DNA of 63,861 nt, filler included, from Choristocarpus tenellus KU-1152 (lineage: Eukaryota > Protista > Phaeophyceae), in the NCBI GenBank assembly GCA_964200185.2. It is 13 parts of 13 records of this genome, joined end to end, with 100 filler letters (N's around TTAATTAATTAA, not from the genome) between each part and the next. Parts side by side here need not be neighbours in the genome. Positions count along the whole stretch, not along the records: positions 22,892 to 26,961 come from CAXNAD020016384.1; positions 27,062 to 32,689 come from CAXNAD020010197.1; positions 32,790 to 36,841 come from CAXNAD020016465.1; positions 36,942 to 43,300 come from CAXNAD020008307.1; 9 more parts are not named here. One strand, written 5' to 3'. Position 1 is the first letter of the stretch, and the number at the start of each line of letters is the position of its first letter. Shown one piece after another: positions 26,255 to 37,334 of the stretch. Under the pieces are notes generated by a model. It was not told the origin of the DNA, did not search any database, and saw nothing but the letters and a program-made list of their open reading frames with translations. The position numbers and the translations under genes were made by a program.

Positions 26255-26635
26255 CGTGGAGTAGTGCTGCTGATACACTATAGATACCACCAGTGGAATA
26301 GATAATAGGATGGAGAGCCAGTGATAGGTATACCGTATCTATTGACTCTTTTAGTGTCGGTTGATTTATATTATGTTCAAGATACACTTGCTGTACTGAA
26401 GACAAGCAAGTAAGTGATTCATAGTAAATTAGCGTGGACGATTGCAAACCCCAAACTATAGGAATAGTAATAGTAGTCTACACCTGTCTCACCCCATCAA
26501 TTCAGTCCGTGCAATTGAGACCATAAGCCCCTTGCCACACTAATATAGTACGTTCACACCAAGCTACATATTGTCCTCTACCAATGCACACGATTGATCA
26601 TCTTAACTCCAGGCTCAGTGTGGAATACTTCAACA
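26255..26635 (+). mobile_element. LTR copy (same family as solo LTR 39770-40143)
   Basis: Collinear with 39780-40143 from TAGTGCTGCTGATACACTATAGA to GTGGAATA(C/T)TTCAACA. Confidence 0.8.
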
Positions 26636-26790
26636 ACACATGTCTTGGGTCCATTCGTAATTTTTCGGAAGGGACTTACTGACTGCAGCCCCAGACCTCA
26701 TTCTGGACACTCCCAAGCCTTACCGGTGCTTATATCAGGGAACAAAAACGATCCAGTTAACTATTAAAAACAACCGGAACAATAAAAATA

Positions 26791-26961
26791 AAGCTTGAGG
26801 TATCTGGGAGGGGGTGGCGGCTGTCCATTTGGGGACCATTTTTCCATGTCACGGTTTCTGGGTGATTTGGTTGCATGCGTCTGATGGAGATAATGTAAGC
26901 GCACTTCTCCTGGTCAGGGCCCGAATCGACACCCTGGTGTAGACCCCCCCCCCCCCCCCCC
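26791..26961 (+). mobile_element. MITE family B copy truncated at poly-C contig end
   Basis: GTATCTGGGAGGGGGTGGCGGCTGTCCATTTGGGG...GTGTAGACCCC. Further B-type ends lie at 27062-27132 (minus), 32667-32689, 36783-36841 and ~54502-54555. Confidence 0.8.
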
Positions 26962-27960
26962 NNNNNNNNNNNNNNNNNNNNNNNNNNNNNNNNNNNNNNN
27001 NNNNNTTAATTAATTAANNNNNNNNNNNNNNNNNNNNNNNNNNNNNNNNNNNNNNNNNNNNACCCAAAAATCATGACATGAAAAAATTGACCCCAAATGG
27101 ACAGCCGCCACACACCCCAGATACTTTGAGTCTATCCGTTCATCTGAACCATCACTGTGACATATAAATATGTGTATTACTTGTAACAAATATATATAGA
27201 AAAGAAATATATATCACCATCCACAAACCTTCAGCTGTAGCCACCGTGAAGTTGTGTTTCTGTTTAACCCACCCCTAGCATATTTTTTATTATCAATGAA
27301 ATCAAATAGGGAAAAAGTCACCAACTGAATGCAGGCAACCAAGACATCCCTGACGTCTTTTTTTATTTCGATCAAAAATAATGTATTAAAGGAAGGTAAG
27401 CCCTCCACCCTGACCTTATCCCTTCTTGATTGTATGTTTTGTTGTACTTATATACTAGAGAAGTAAGAAAACAAACCACATAAAGCCAGCTCTGCCCTGA
27501 AGTTACCTCTTTCGCTTAACCCAGTCAGAGTTAGACTTCACCAAAAAAAAATTTCATCCCAACGAAAAGACAAGTGAGATAATGGGGTACAAGGATACAA
27601 TAATCCCAGAACCAAAATGTCAAGTCCACCAAAAATATGAGGAACTCTATCGGTTCCATGTTTCCCTTTCCACCCACAAGAGACTGCTGTATTGAGAATG
27701 CTGCGTTTGATCAGAATTTTATCAGAGTGGGTACTCGTTTACTGTTCTCCTGTAGTGCCTGGCTGTGTCGTAGTATTGTTAACATGGCATGGCTACTGTC
27801 CTTTGAACATGGGTAAGATGTGATTATCTAGTCTTGTATTCTCATTTCCTTAGTCAACTCAATCATCTGATGCAATACCATTATACTTTTAGAATACACC
27901 ACAACAAGATTGTGTTTGGCCATGAGACATTTGTGTAACACTGTACTTAACTGTTCACAT

Positions 27961-28032
27961 GTACTCTTCCGGTGAAGCTGGGAAACCTCAGTGCTCTCAT
28001 AAACCTGTCCCTTCCCGACAACCAGCTCACCA
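27961..28032 (+). pseudogene. 72-nt LRR exon cassette with mutated acceptor (CAT instead of CAG)
   Basis: Encodes (G)TLPVKLGNLSALINLSLPDNQLT, a 24-aa plant-specific-type LRR. The donor GTGAGT is intact; the upstream TTCACAT replaces TTCTCAG of the paralogous cassette. Confidence 0.8.
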
Positions 28033-31000
28033 GTGAGTGTTTTGTTGCTTGATTTTCCCTACTTCGTAGAAAGAATGCTGTGCGGTGAATACAAATTCCA
28101 TCTTGAATAGTACTTTGATTCTCTGGTTGATGTGAACATTCAGAATGCTGTGTGGTGAGTCTATCAAATATTACCCTGCTTGATAGAGAGAATGTCCTGT
28201 GAGGAATAACAATTCCATAGTGGATGGTATTTTGACTATCTGGTTGATGTGAATATCCAGTAGTAGTGTTTAGCTTTTCAAATGTCACCTCTTAAGTAAT
28301 TAATCTAAATTGCAGTGTAGCCACCAATAGTACAGTCTCAGCGGAGATATTTCTGGGAAAAATTGTTGGCTGATGGTTTTGCCGTTGAGAATAAAAATCA
28401 GCACATGTTTCTACCGAAAGAAACAGTAGGAATCCCTGCTCAAGATACTGAACTGATAGTTAGGTCTGAAGCGTTACTTTTAACCTAAACCACCTTTTTT
28501 AACCTTTCCTCTTTTTACTTCTATACAATGTTGTACATACATATAGAAAACAAAAATGACCCGGAGAACTAAAGAATGGAAAAAAAATGAGCAAGTACCA
28601 ACAACCAGGCCTACCCAAAACTAACTCATGTTTTCTTTTTTTATATACAAATGCACAGAAACATCTAAAACATTTCAGTACTATCGTAACCTGATCCATC
28701 CTATACAGCTATCCACAAAACTATGACATAAAATTGGTACAGCCACAGCATGAAACAAAATGGAGAACCGTGAAATAAACATTCACAACGATCCAGCTCT
28801 CTACCTTGAACTTAACTGTTTGTTGATTTGCCTGTTCTTTTAATCTTTTGATAAATGTAATAAATATCAAAGAATGACAAAAATGAAAATAAAAGAAAAC
28901 CGACATTTTCACCAACACATATTTTTACCTATCCCATATACCAAGCCAAACCGGTAAAAAATGTGCTACTGGTAAACAAAAAAACTAAAGGAATTGTTGA
29001 ACACCGACCACAAGAAGGTACATGTACCCTCCTTAGCTTGACCCCCTTTTTTTGTGCACCTGTAGTTTGAATATTCAAAAATATAGTATAAAATAGAGTA
29101 ACTGGAACTATTTTTAGCTAAAAAGTAACCATGTGTAGCCAGCTTGACACTAAGCTTTTTTCATTTGATAATTAAAAAAAAAAAGTAAGTCTGTGTTTTA
29201 ACCCTACCCCATATAAGATTGCTCACTAGCAGAACAGAAGAAGAAAGTGATTATTTCTACACTGGACGTATCTCTTCCCAATCCTTCGACCTTTCTGTGA
29301 CATGGAAAGACACAAATAGGATAAAATTAGGAAAAAAAAAGATAACCGAAAATGATGAGCCAGTTCGATCATCTCAGACTCTTCTCTTTCATCAACACTG
29401 TAGCTTCTTTTTTTTCCACGTCTACCAAACCCCTAACCCTAAAATTGTACTTTTAGCTAGAGAGAAGAGTAAAAGGCTGAAAATATAAATGAAATATAAC
29501 ACAAGAGGTCAATTGTACCCTTCCCTTGACTATGTTTTCTATATGCACCCAATTTGAATTCTTGGAAGAAATTGTAGTCCAAAACATAGATGGACACAAT
29601 TCCAACTAAAAGGAGGGAATATATGGCATCAACCTCACATCGCCTCTCCCCTCCCCCGACTGAAAATCTAATCTCTTGTTTTATGTCTGTTTTTTTTCTT
29701 TTCCCTTTAGTTTTTCCCTTTAGTTCAGTCAGATGTGTTCAAAAATATGTGCATGTTCTGAATTAATAGTGTTAAGAGTTTTCGACATGGAGAGTTGGAT
29801 TTGCTTTATTTGAATGACTCGAATCAAGTGGAGAAGAGTTAAGGACTTATTTGCAAAGTACCAAACTAAATCACTTTGAAACAAGTACCTTATTACTTAA
29901 TCAACGTCACACTCTCATGTGGGGGTACTCTACACATATTTTTTTGTTCATCCTATTATGGGCATTTTTGCCATGTCTACCTAGTATAGTAGCTTCTATG
30001 GAGGGTCCTCCATAATTGGACATTTTATAGATATACTTAGGTGTTGCTGGGTAGATAACGACATTGGTAGCTATTGCCAGACTCCTCACCTACAAGTTCC
30101 TCTCCCTGTCCACCTCTCCTTTTTCCCCTCTCCCCAATACAAGAGGAGTCGACAAAAATCGTAGAAAAAAGATAGGACTGGGAATAAGAGCCATATTTTC
30201 TCCTTTTTTTTTAGACTGTCGCTCGCCACACGCGATTTTCAAGTTTGTGCTGCACGACCGACGTAGCCATGCTCCTCTGTACAACAGAACATTACTAATA
30301 GAATCGAACTTTGTAAGACGTCCATCACGATGGCACAATAATGGTTGGTGTCAAACTTTTCATGAATAGTCTACGATAGAGAAGGCTAGTGTTCTGATCG
30401 CAAGTATTCCTAGACTTTTATCCTGGGGATTTTTATTAACTGTTTTCGATGTGTTTCGCTTACATATCACAGAATTAAAAAAAATTGTCAAAGAAATTCC
30501 CGATGGAATATGGCGGGGAACCTTCAAGGCCTTCTTTGCAGCAACCGCACCTCAATCGTGTGCGTGGTTGCGGTGATAAGTGCCACTGAAAATGGGCAAC
30601 TCCAGGAAGACGTGTAGTCAAGTCAACCAGGGGGCAGTGCGCGAAAGAGATGCCAGATGACTAATGGGAACAACGAAGGCTACAAGGATAAGCATGGTAC
30701 CACCAGCGCAGGCAAAGCACTTGTGGTTCAAGACTGTAGATGAACGACGGAGAAGGGTTCTGCCACTATTGTGTCTGCTGTACTTGAAGTAAAGTGGGCG
30801 ACTGCTGATGCAGAGACTATGGTCACAAAACAACAAACCGATACGTAGATTGAATCGAGGCACGTTAAAGCAGAGGTGGAGGGCAAAGTGGAGCAAGCCT
30901 TCACCATGATGGAGACCACTGTGACGGGGAAGGGATAAAAGGCGCCAGAGAATACTGCGACTACAGTGCTTGGTGAGGAAGACGAGAGACGATAGAGGCT

Positions 31001-32417
31001 AAGCTGCTGAGAACCGTGAGGGTCATATTCGTGCTGAAGTAGCCAAATGTGTTGTCAACACTCTGAGACGCCAGCATTGCCTGAAGAAGAGATTGCAATG
31101 TTTGTGGGCGGAGCTCTGAAAGTAAAGGGAGGAACACGAAAGGAAAAAGAACAAGGTTGACATCTCCGGAAAGACCTGGAGTCTTTTGACCCAAACCATG
31201 TTCTACCTGCAATTGAGATTGAGCAAACAGAGGTTGTTGTGACTCTTGAGGAGGAGAGGCAGTACCACGAGGGGATCGGAGGTCCACTTTTTCCCAAATC
31301 CGGTTACCATCTTGTCAATAAACGAGCAGGAAGGATACAATTGTGCATGGATGGCTAAGTACAGTGTGCGTAGAACATACCCCAGATGCACGAGTAGCAT
31401 CTCAGGATCCACCTGCTCGGTGCTCTCCATGTTTGCTTTGTCGTTTGTTTTGGCCTTTTGCCAGCTATAACACCCTAGATGCGTTCACGTTTCCTGAATT
31501 GCCAACCTTACTACAATTTATCTCGCCCTTTTTTGTTTTCGAAAGTTTAAAAAGTAGGGACAAGGATGGGGGGGGATTGCTGTCAATTTGATTGGTCAAA
31601 CAACTATCAAAACACTGAAACCTCGATATGAGATAGTCGAAAACAAGCCTCCACAAAACGGCAACAAATGGCTCTCACTCCCAGGCGTATCGACAGTATA
31701 AACGTGAAAGAATATTCACCAAAAAATTCCCTTCCTACTCCAAACTTGCCTCATTTATGGATTCCATATATTCTTCAATTCTCTCGAATTTTGTGAGTTC
31801 CATTATTTTATTATTATTATATCCTCTGACATTTTACATTCTTACATTTCGAAAAACCGATTAAATATCAGAACCCCTAAAAGAGTAACAGTTGGCGTAA
31901 ATATGAAAGACATTTTTCTATCATCCAATTTACTATTTTACTACCAGCTATGCTACACCGCTGCCCTCCTGTGCCTCCAACCTAGCTTAGTCCTGCAGAG
32001 TCTATTTATTTTCTACAAATATATTATGCCCCTATTTACCAACCTGCTCACTTTATTTTTGATAAGAGTGTTCTACGCCAACAAATAGTTTTTTTTTTTT
32101 ACCAGCTCTACTAATTGATTGGTTTGTTATACAACATACATTAAAATAAAAAACGCAGAACAGCGGCCACACCCCTGAATATCTATTCTCTTGTAACTTA
32201 ACCTTTTCTTAATGATCCATCTGTTTTTTCTCAAAGTTTGGCTAGCATGACAAGAGTGTGGTATACCATACATAATTTGTTCTCTTGTTTTGTATTCTAC
32301 CTTGCCTTAGTCAACTCAATCATCTGATGCAATACCATTATACTTTTAGAATATACCACAACAAGATTGTGTTTGACCATGTGACATCTGTGTAACATTG
32401 TACTTGTCTGTTCTCAG

Positions 32418-32489
32418 GTACTATACCGGTGGAGCTCGGCAACCTTGGTGCGCTGAGAGAACTATTCCTCTACAACAACCAGCTCAACC
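32418..32489 (+). CDS. 72-nt LRR exon (one 24-aa repeat; ROCO/LRR-protein type), partial gene
   Basis: TTCTCAG|GT ACT ATA CCG GTG GAG CTC GGC AAC CTT...CAG CTC AAC C|GTGAGT gives (G)TIPVELGNLGALRELFLYNNQLN. It is a symmetric phase-1 exon of exactly 72 nt. Confidence 0.88.
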
Positions 32490-33162
32490 GTGAGTGTTTT
32501 GTTGCTTGATTTTCCCTACTTCGTAGAAAGAATGCTGTGCGGTGAATACAAATTCCATCTTGAATAGTACTTTGATTCTCTGGTTGATACGAACATTCAG
32601 AATGTTGTGTGGTGAGTCCATCAAATGTCACCTCTTAGGTAATACATGTGAGTTGTATAAATATTAGGGTCAAAGTATCTGGGGGGGGGNNNNNNNNNNN
32701 NNNNNNNNNNNNNNNNNNNNNNNNNNNNNNNNNTTAATTAATTAANNNNNNNNNNNNNNNNNNNNNNNNNNNNNNNNNNNNNNNNNNNNCCTACCCAAAA
32801 CATAACCCCTTACGTTGAGGAAGGAGAAGGTGTTAAATTATCATATGATAGGACAGGATTGAAGTACAAGCTATGTGCAGTAAGGGGGGGGGGGGGTAAA
32901 GATGATGCAAGTGCAGCAGAGGCGTACGAGACGTTGATAGGGGCATGTGGCGTTGGATGAGGCTCGGGGACAGGCCACAGCGATTTTTGCATACCACATG
33001 TGTCAAAGCATAAATGCTGGTGCAGTTTGAGTTGACATGTTGAAATACATACTCAAGCTCTTAAGGACAGATGCAAGGCATTAGGTTTATAGGAAAATGC
33101 CTCCTTTGAGAACACCTGCCAAAGCCAGTGCCTTCACAGAGACACAAGACACACAGACACTA

Positions 33163-33236
33163 GCATCCCAGTAGCTCAGTGGTAGTATACCAGCTTCTGC
33201 CAAAGGAATGTGCGGGTTCAAACCCGGTCAACATCA
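33163..33236 (+). pseudogene. tRNA-Gly(GCC)-like pseudogene or SINE head
   Basis: A-box TAGCTCAGTGG, CTGCCAA anticodon-like loop and B-box GGTTCAAACCC are present. The acceptor stem does not pair. Confidence 0.55.
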
Positions 33237-33686
33237 AGTTCTCTTTTAGGGGAAACCTGGTCTCGATGGACCACACAGCAAGCACTATGGAATTGTGGAC
33301 CTGCACCCTCCTGTCTATTGCTAAAGCAAAAAAAGAACGCAGAAATCCCTGAAACGTGGTAGCAGGCTTCATTGAAGCCAGGCGATTACTGCACAAAGTT
33401 TGACCGTGGAGGTGGAGCGATAAGTGGTGAGATGACTGAGCCCAACGCATGAGGATAAAACTAAGGCATGCACTTGGCAGCGCACTTGGTGGGTTAGTCT
33501 GTAGCTAATGAGATGTAGTGTCGTGTGTACTGCCTCTGGTGATGGGTTGGGTCTAAGGATGATCGAGGTTGGTTCCTAGTCCTATACTAAAGTGCCGATT
33601 AGAGCAATAATAGCAACACACCACCTGTCTTTGTGCATTCACGAGCCCATGTACTTCACACAGGTGTTTACATGGAAGTATGTTAC

Positions 33687-35605
33687 CTTGGCCAAGATGC
33701 GGTGCACGAAAGGAGCATTCAACTCCTGGCAGGCGTCTCCCTCGACCCCGACTGACACCTCCACACCCCCCTCTGCCAGGCGGCGGAGCCCCCCTCCGGC
33801 TGTTCGTGGGTCTGGGTCTACCATCCCTGCAACCACTCTAATGAGCCACAAGCAATAGGACAGGGAAAAGGAATGTCTCTCTGCCCATAGGGTGTGACTG
33901 TGTGGGGGTATTTAGTCTTCTGAAAGTAAATGTGCAATGTCTCACGGTATTTCAACATACTGTGATGTATAAAACTATTTGAGAATACTGGAGTATACTT
34001 CCACCAAGAACTGTGATACCCCCTGACATGGCTCATTAGCACCTAGTACACATGGACAAAGCCAGAACTTACATGTACCTGTCCCCTCTGGGTTATCTTT
34101 GATGACAGGTCTGAAAATATTAAACAGACGTGCACTCATCAAATAACCAATCAAGCATACCCTTCCCACCTGCTCTACTCTTTGTATATCCTTACAAATT
34201 ACTTATGCTCTCTCTTACCACTATATTCCTTTGTTGTTCAATCCAACAAAAACAGGACCACAGTATAAATGAAATAATTTCGCATGGTACAGTATCGCAG
34301 AATGGCTGTGCTGTGTTGACTCACACCAAATAACGCACCACCATCTCCAACCATGACCCCATCCTGGCCACTCTTGTTGATGCCTTCTGCCCTTCAATCC
34401 CTGCAAATGTTCCTCAGGGGCATCCTCAACCAACCTCCAAATCCTTCGAGATATGTCTGTCTTACTTACCGTTTCACACCGCTCTCCAGTAATGCTGATG
34501 TGCAAGGTGGCGTCCTTCCAAAATGATTACAAGGCTCAAGAGTTACATAAGCGGTGCCACCCATTGCCCTATCCCCTGCCTGACGGAGAGCCCATATCTG
34601 TTTGTTGGAGCAGCGTGGAGAAATTACATTCCAAGGGCAAGAATGGGACGTACGAGGTTGCTTCCCCATGCAAGCTGTTGGAAAATTTCAATCTGACTAG
34701 GGGGGAATGGAAAGGTATGGTGATGAGACCAACGTCATGCAGTTTGGTGGGGCTCCTCAGACCATGGGGTTGTGTGGATTCAAGGGGTAGCGTAACCTGT
34801 AATAGCATGGAGGGAGGGTGTAGGGTAGAGCGGGAGTGATTGACTAGCTCACATTGCATGTTGTTGACTAGGAAAGACAGACAAGAATGGCGTCGCCTAT
34901 TTTAAATCTCCGAGATATGCCTGGGAATAGACACGATAACTGACAAGGATGGGGATCGGGGTGGGACGGAAGCAAAGTGAGAGCGAGTGCCCGGACAATG
35001 ACCTATGGCGGTGCAACTCGCCCTCAGCTACGTCACTTAATGAGACTCGTCCAGACTGAGGTTACTCACGCTGGGAGGGTTATTCAAAGAAATAATAACT
35101 TGACCCTAGTGCATGGAGGGTGGTATAAGCCTTTTACAGTTCCCCTGACCTCCGCATGTGGCTCTCCTGCTTTCGGATGGTATCCTTCTCCAACCACCTT
35201 CCCCTTTTTGTCCAGCACAACGCATCCCACCGCAGGGTTAGGTCTTGTATTGCCAACACCTTGCGAAGCAAGTTCTAATGCTCGTCGCATGTGCACCGAA
35301 TCGCTAGCACCATCATCCCCTGGACCACATTGGATGACCACGACATCACCCCTAGAATTGCGTTGGAGGACACTACTGCGAGGCAACGAACTTCTGTCCA
35401 ACCTTCCTGCTACATGTATAGGCCACGGCGCACTATTCCAGTGATTTTTCTGGCGACGCGATTCGCCATGCCAGTATTGACCATGAAGAGAAACATGGGT
35501 CGGACCCAACAAACCGATTGTCCGAGTTGAACTCCAGCAGGTAGCGGGGAAGGCAAGCAGCAAGCAGATGGAAGACAAAGACATCTGTGCAGCATGCAGG
35601 TTCAT
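33687..35605 (-). CDS. ribD: Riboflavin biosynthesis pyrimidine deaminase RibD/PyrD, 5' part (exons ~35605-35150, 34597-34470, 33837-33687)
   Basis: [33 protein letters not shown] | [28 protein letters not shown]..| [10 protein letters not shown], with Zn ligands HAE and PCx8C. GT-AG junctions keep frame (phases 0, 2, 0). The N-terminal hydrophobic segment suggests plastid targeting. The start ATG is uncertain (35644/35605/35584) and 3' exons were not found in the contig. Confidence 0.93.
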
Positions 35606-36312
35606 TGGCTTGAGGGAACCATTGCACGAAGAATGCGAAGACATTGGGCGAGTTAAGGACGCACTGTCTGTTTCATGCAAAGTATCACACCACACCAAAG
35701 TACCTCCCACCCAAGATAGGTTTCGAGATATGGGCGAGGCTTTCATTTTCAGTTTGAACTTGAAACTGTCACTGATCACTTCTCGTCACATCAAAATTTT
35801 GTTCATATCAAACCAAGGAATAGAGGAGAGGGAAAGTCGTCGCGTTTTTCAATAATATGTCTGCAATTGGGGTGCGTTGTAAATCGAATTTCACACGAAT
35901 GGATTCACGTTTATTCTCCAATACACACAAATATCCCTCAAGCGGACTTCAGCTTCCGCATCAAGGTCACTTTCACGAAAAAAATTCTCACAGTTCATAG
36001 CTCGAGATCCCTGTTCACGTTTTATTCCTCCTACAACTCTCACGGAACAGCTTTTCTAATCTATACTCGCTCAGTACACCCTAACTAAGCGCTTCCCAAA
36101 AATTGAGCCTTCTGCATTGAGGTGATGTGATTCGGTGTAGGGGTGAGATAACCGGCACTTGGCTCACCCCATTAGTACATCAAAGCGAGACCTTTGTGAA
36201 AACCTCCGGTCTGATGCCAAGGTTCTAAAGCGGGAATGGCAATTCTCTGTCAAGCTCTTATGACCCTTCCAAATCCACCTCTCCACGCCGGATTTTAACC
36301 GAATGCTCTCAG

Positions 36313-36483
36313 GCAAAACCACTCTCTTTGGAGAGGGAGAATATGCGCATTAAGGGGATGAGGACTCGCAATGAAGCTCGAACCGACCGTTTTCTCAACG
36401 CTCGTCTTCGCACCATCGGCGTCGATAAGGACGCACTCGACGCACAGATGGAGGAGCGACGAGGACAGGCGGCTAGGGAGAGG
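36313..36483 (+). CDS. RIB43A: RIB43A-domain flagellar protofilament ribbon protein, 5' exon (not in the ORF track)
   Basis: CTCTCAG|AKPLSLERENMRIKGMRTRNEARTDRFLNARLRTIGVDKDALDAQMEERRGQAARER|GTACGA matches the RIB43A N-terminal motif R..RF.N.R.R.IGVD..AL..Q..E. An in-frame ATG lies at 36343. Confidence 0.78.
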
Positions 36484-37041
36484 GTACGATAAGAATGGTG
36501 CAGGCAACAGATGTAAAGGGGTGATGGAAGAAGTCTGGAGGATGTGGAGGGGATAGAAAGAGGTGGAGGAGATAGACAATGTTAGATCATGTGAAGGAAG
36601 GTAGGAGGGATGCACTAAAGGAAGAGAGGAGGAATATTGCAATATCTTCACACACTTTCTCCTCTTTGTATTACATAATGGGGTCACCAATAGGCATATT
36701 AGGACTATACCGTATAAACTATATATCTTCCACTCACATATGTATTTGTTCTATCAATTACTGACCATATTTTGGTATCTGAAGGTTCAAAGTATCCGGG
36801 GGGGGGGGTGGCGCCTACCCCTTTGGGGTTAGGTGTTTCATNNNNNNNNNNNNNNNNNNNNNNNNNNNNNNNNNNNNNNNNNNNNTTAATTAATTAANNN
36901 NNNNNNNNNNNNNNNNNNNNNNNNNNNNNNNNNNNNNNNNNGTTGGAACTGTGGTAAAAGGGGGGGTGAGGAGTGAGCTTAGTAGTTCGACATTTGCCGG
37001 GAAGAACCATCACGTGCACAGATCGTTGGTTTCTACCGCAG

Positions 37042-37334
37042 GCCCGAAGGAGTCCCCCAACACAAGGAAGAGCTCAGGTATGGAGTCTTCGGGGAGCCTG
37101 TTGTCCATGCTGGACTACAGCGGAGGCAGAGGTGACCCCAGTGGTTTTGATGACGAAGGGGACTCAGGGATTGATGAGGACCTTGTGCAGGAAATGGAGC
37201 ACCTGCGCCGCCTCAAGGTTCGGTCTGATGTCCAGCGCAGCAGGGCCGCCCTACGGTCCAGCCTTCAGAAGAACTTTGATCAACTATTATCCTCTAGTAT
37301 TACCGTTCTCCATGAGGGCAGGAACAAAGCCTGA
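37042..37334 (+). CDS. Probable terminal exon of an unknown protein
   Basis: TTCTACCGCAG acceptor followed by a GC-rich open frame (PKESPNTRKSSG...DEDLVQEMEHLRRLKVRSDVQRSRAALRSSLQKNFDQLL...) ending in TGA. No domain recognised. Confidence 0.5.

Noticed and set aside
33163-33236. Functional tRNA-Gly gene
   Set aside because: The acceptor and D stems do not pair properly; reported only as a pseudogene or SINE head.
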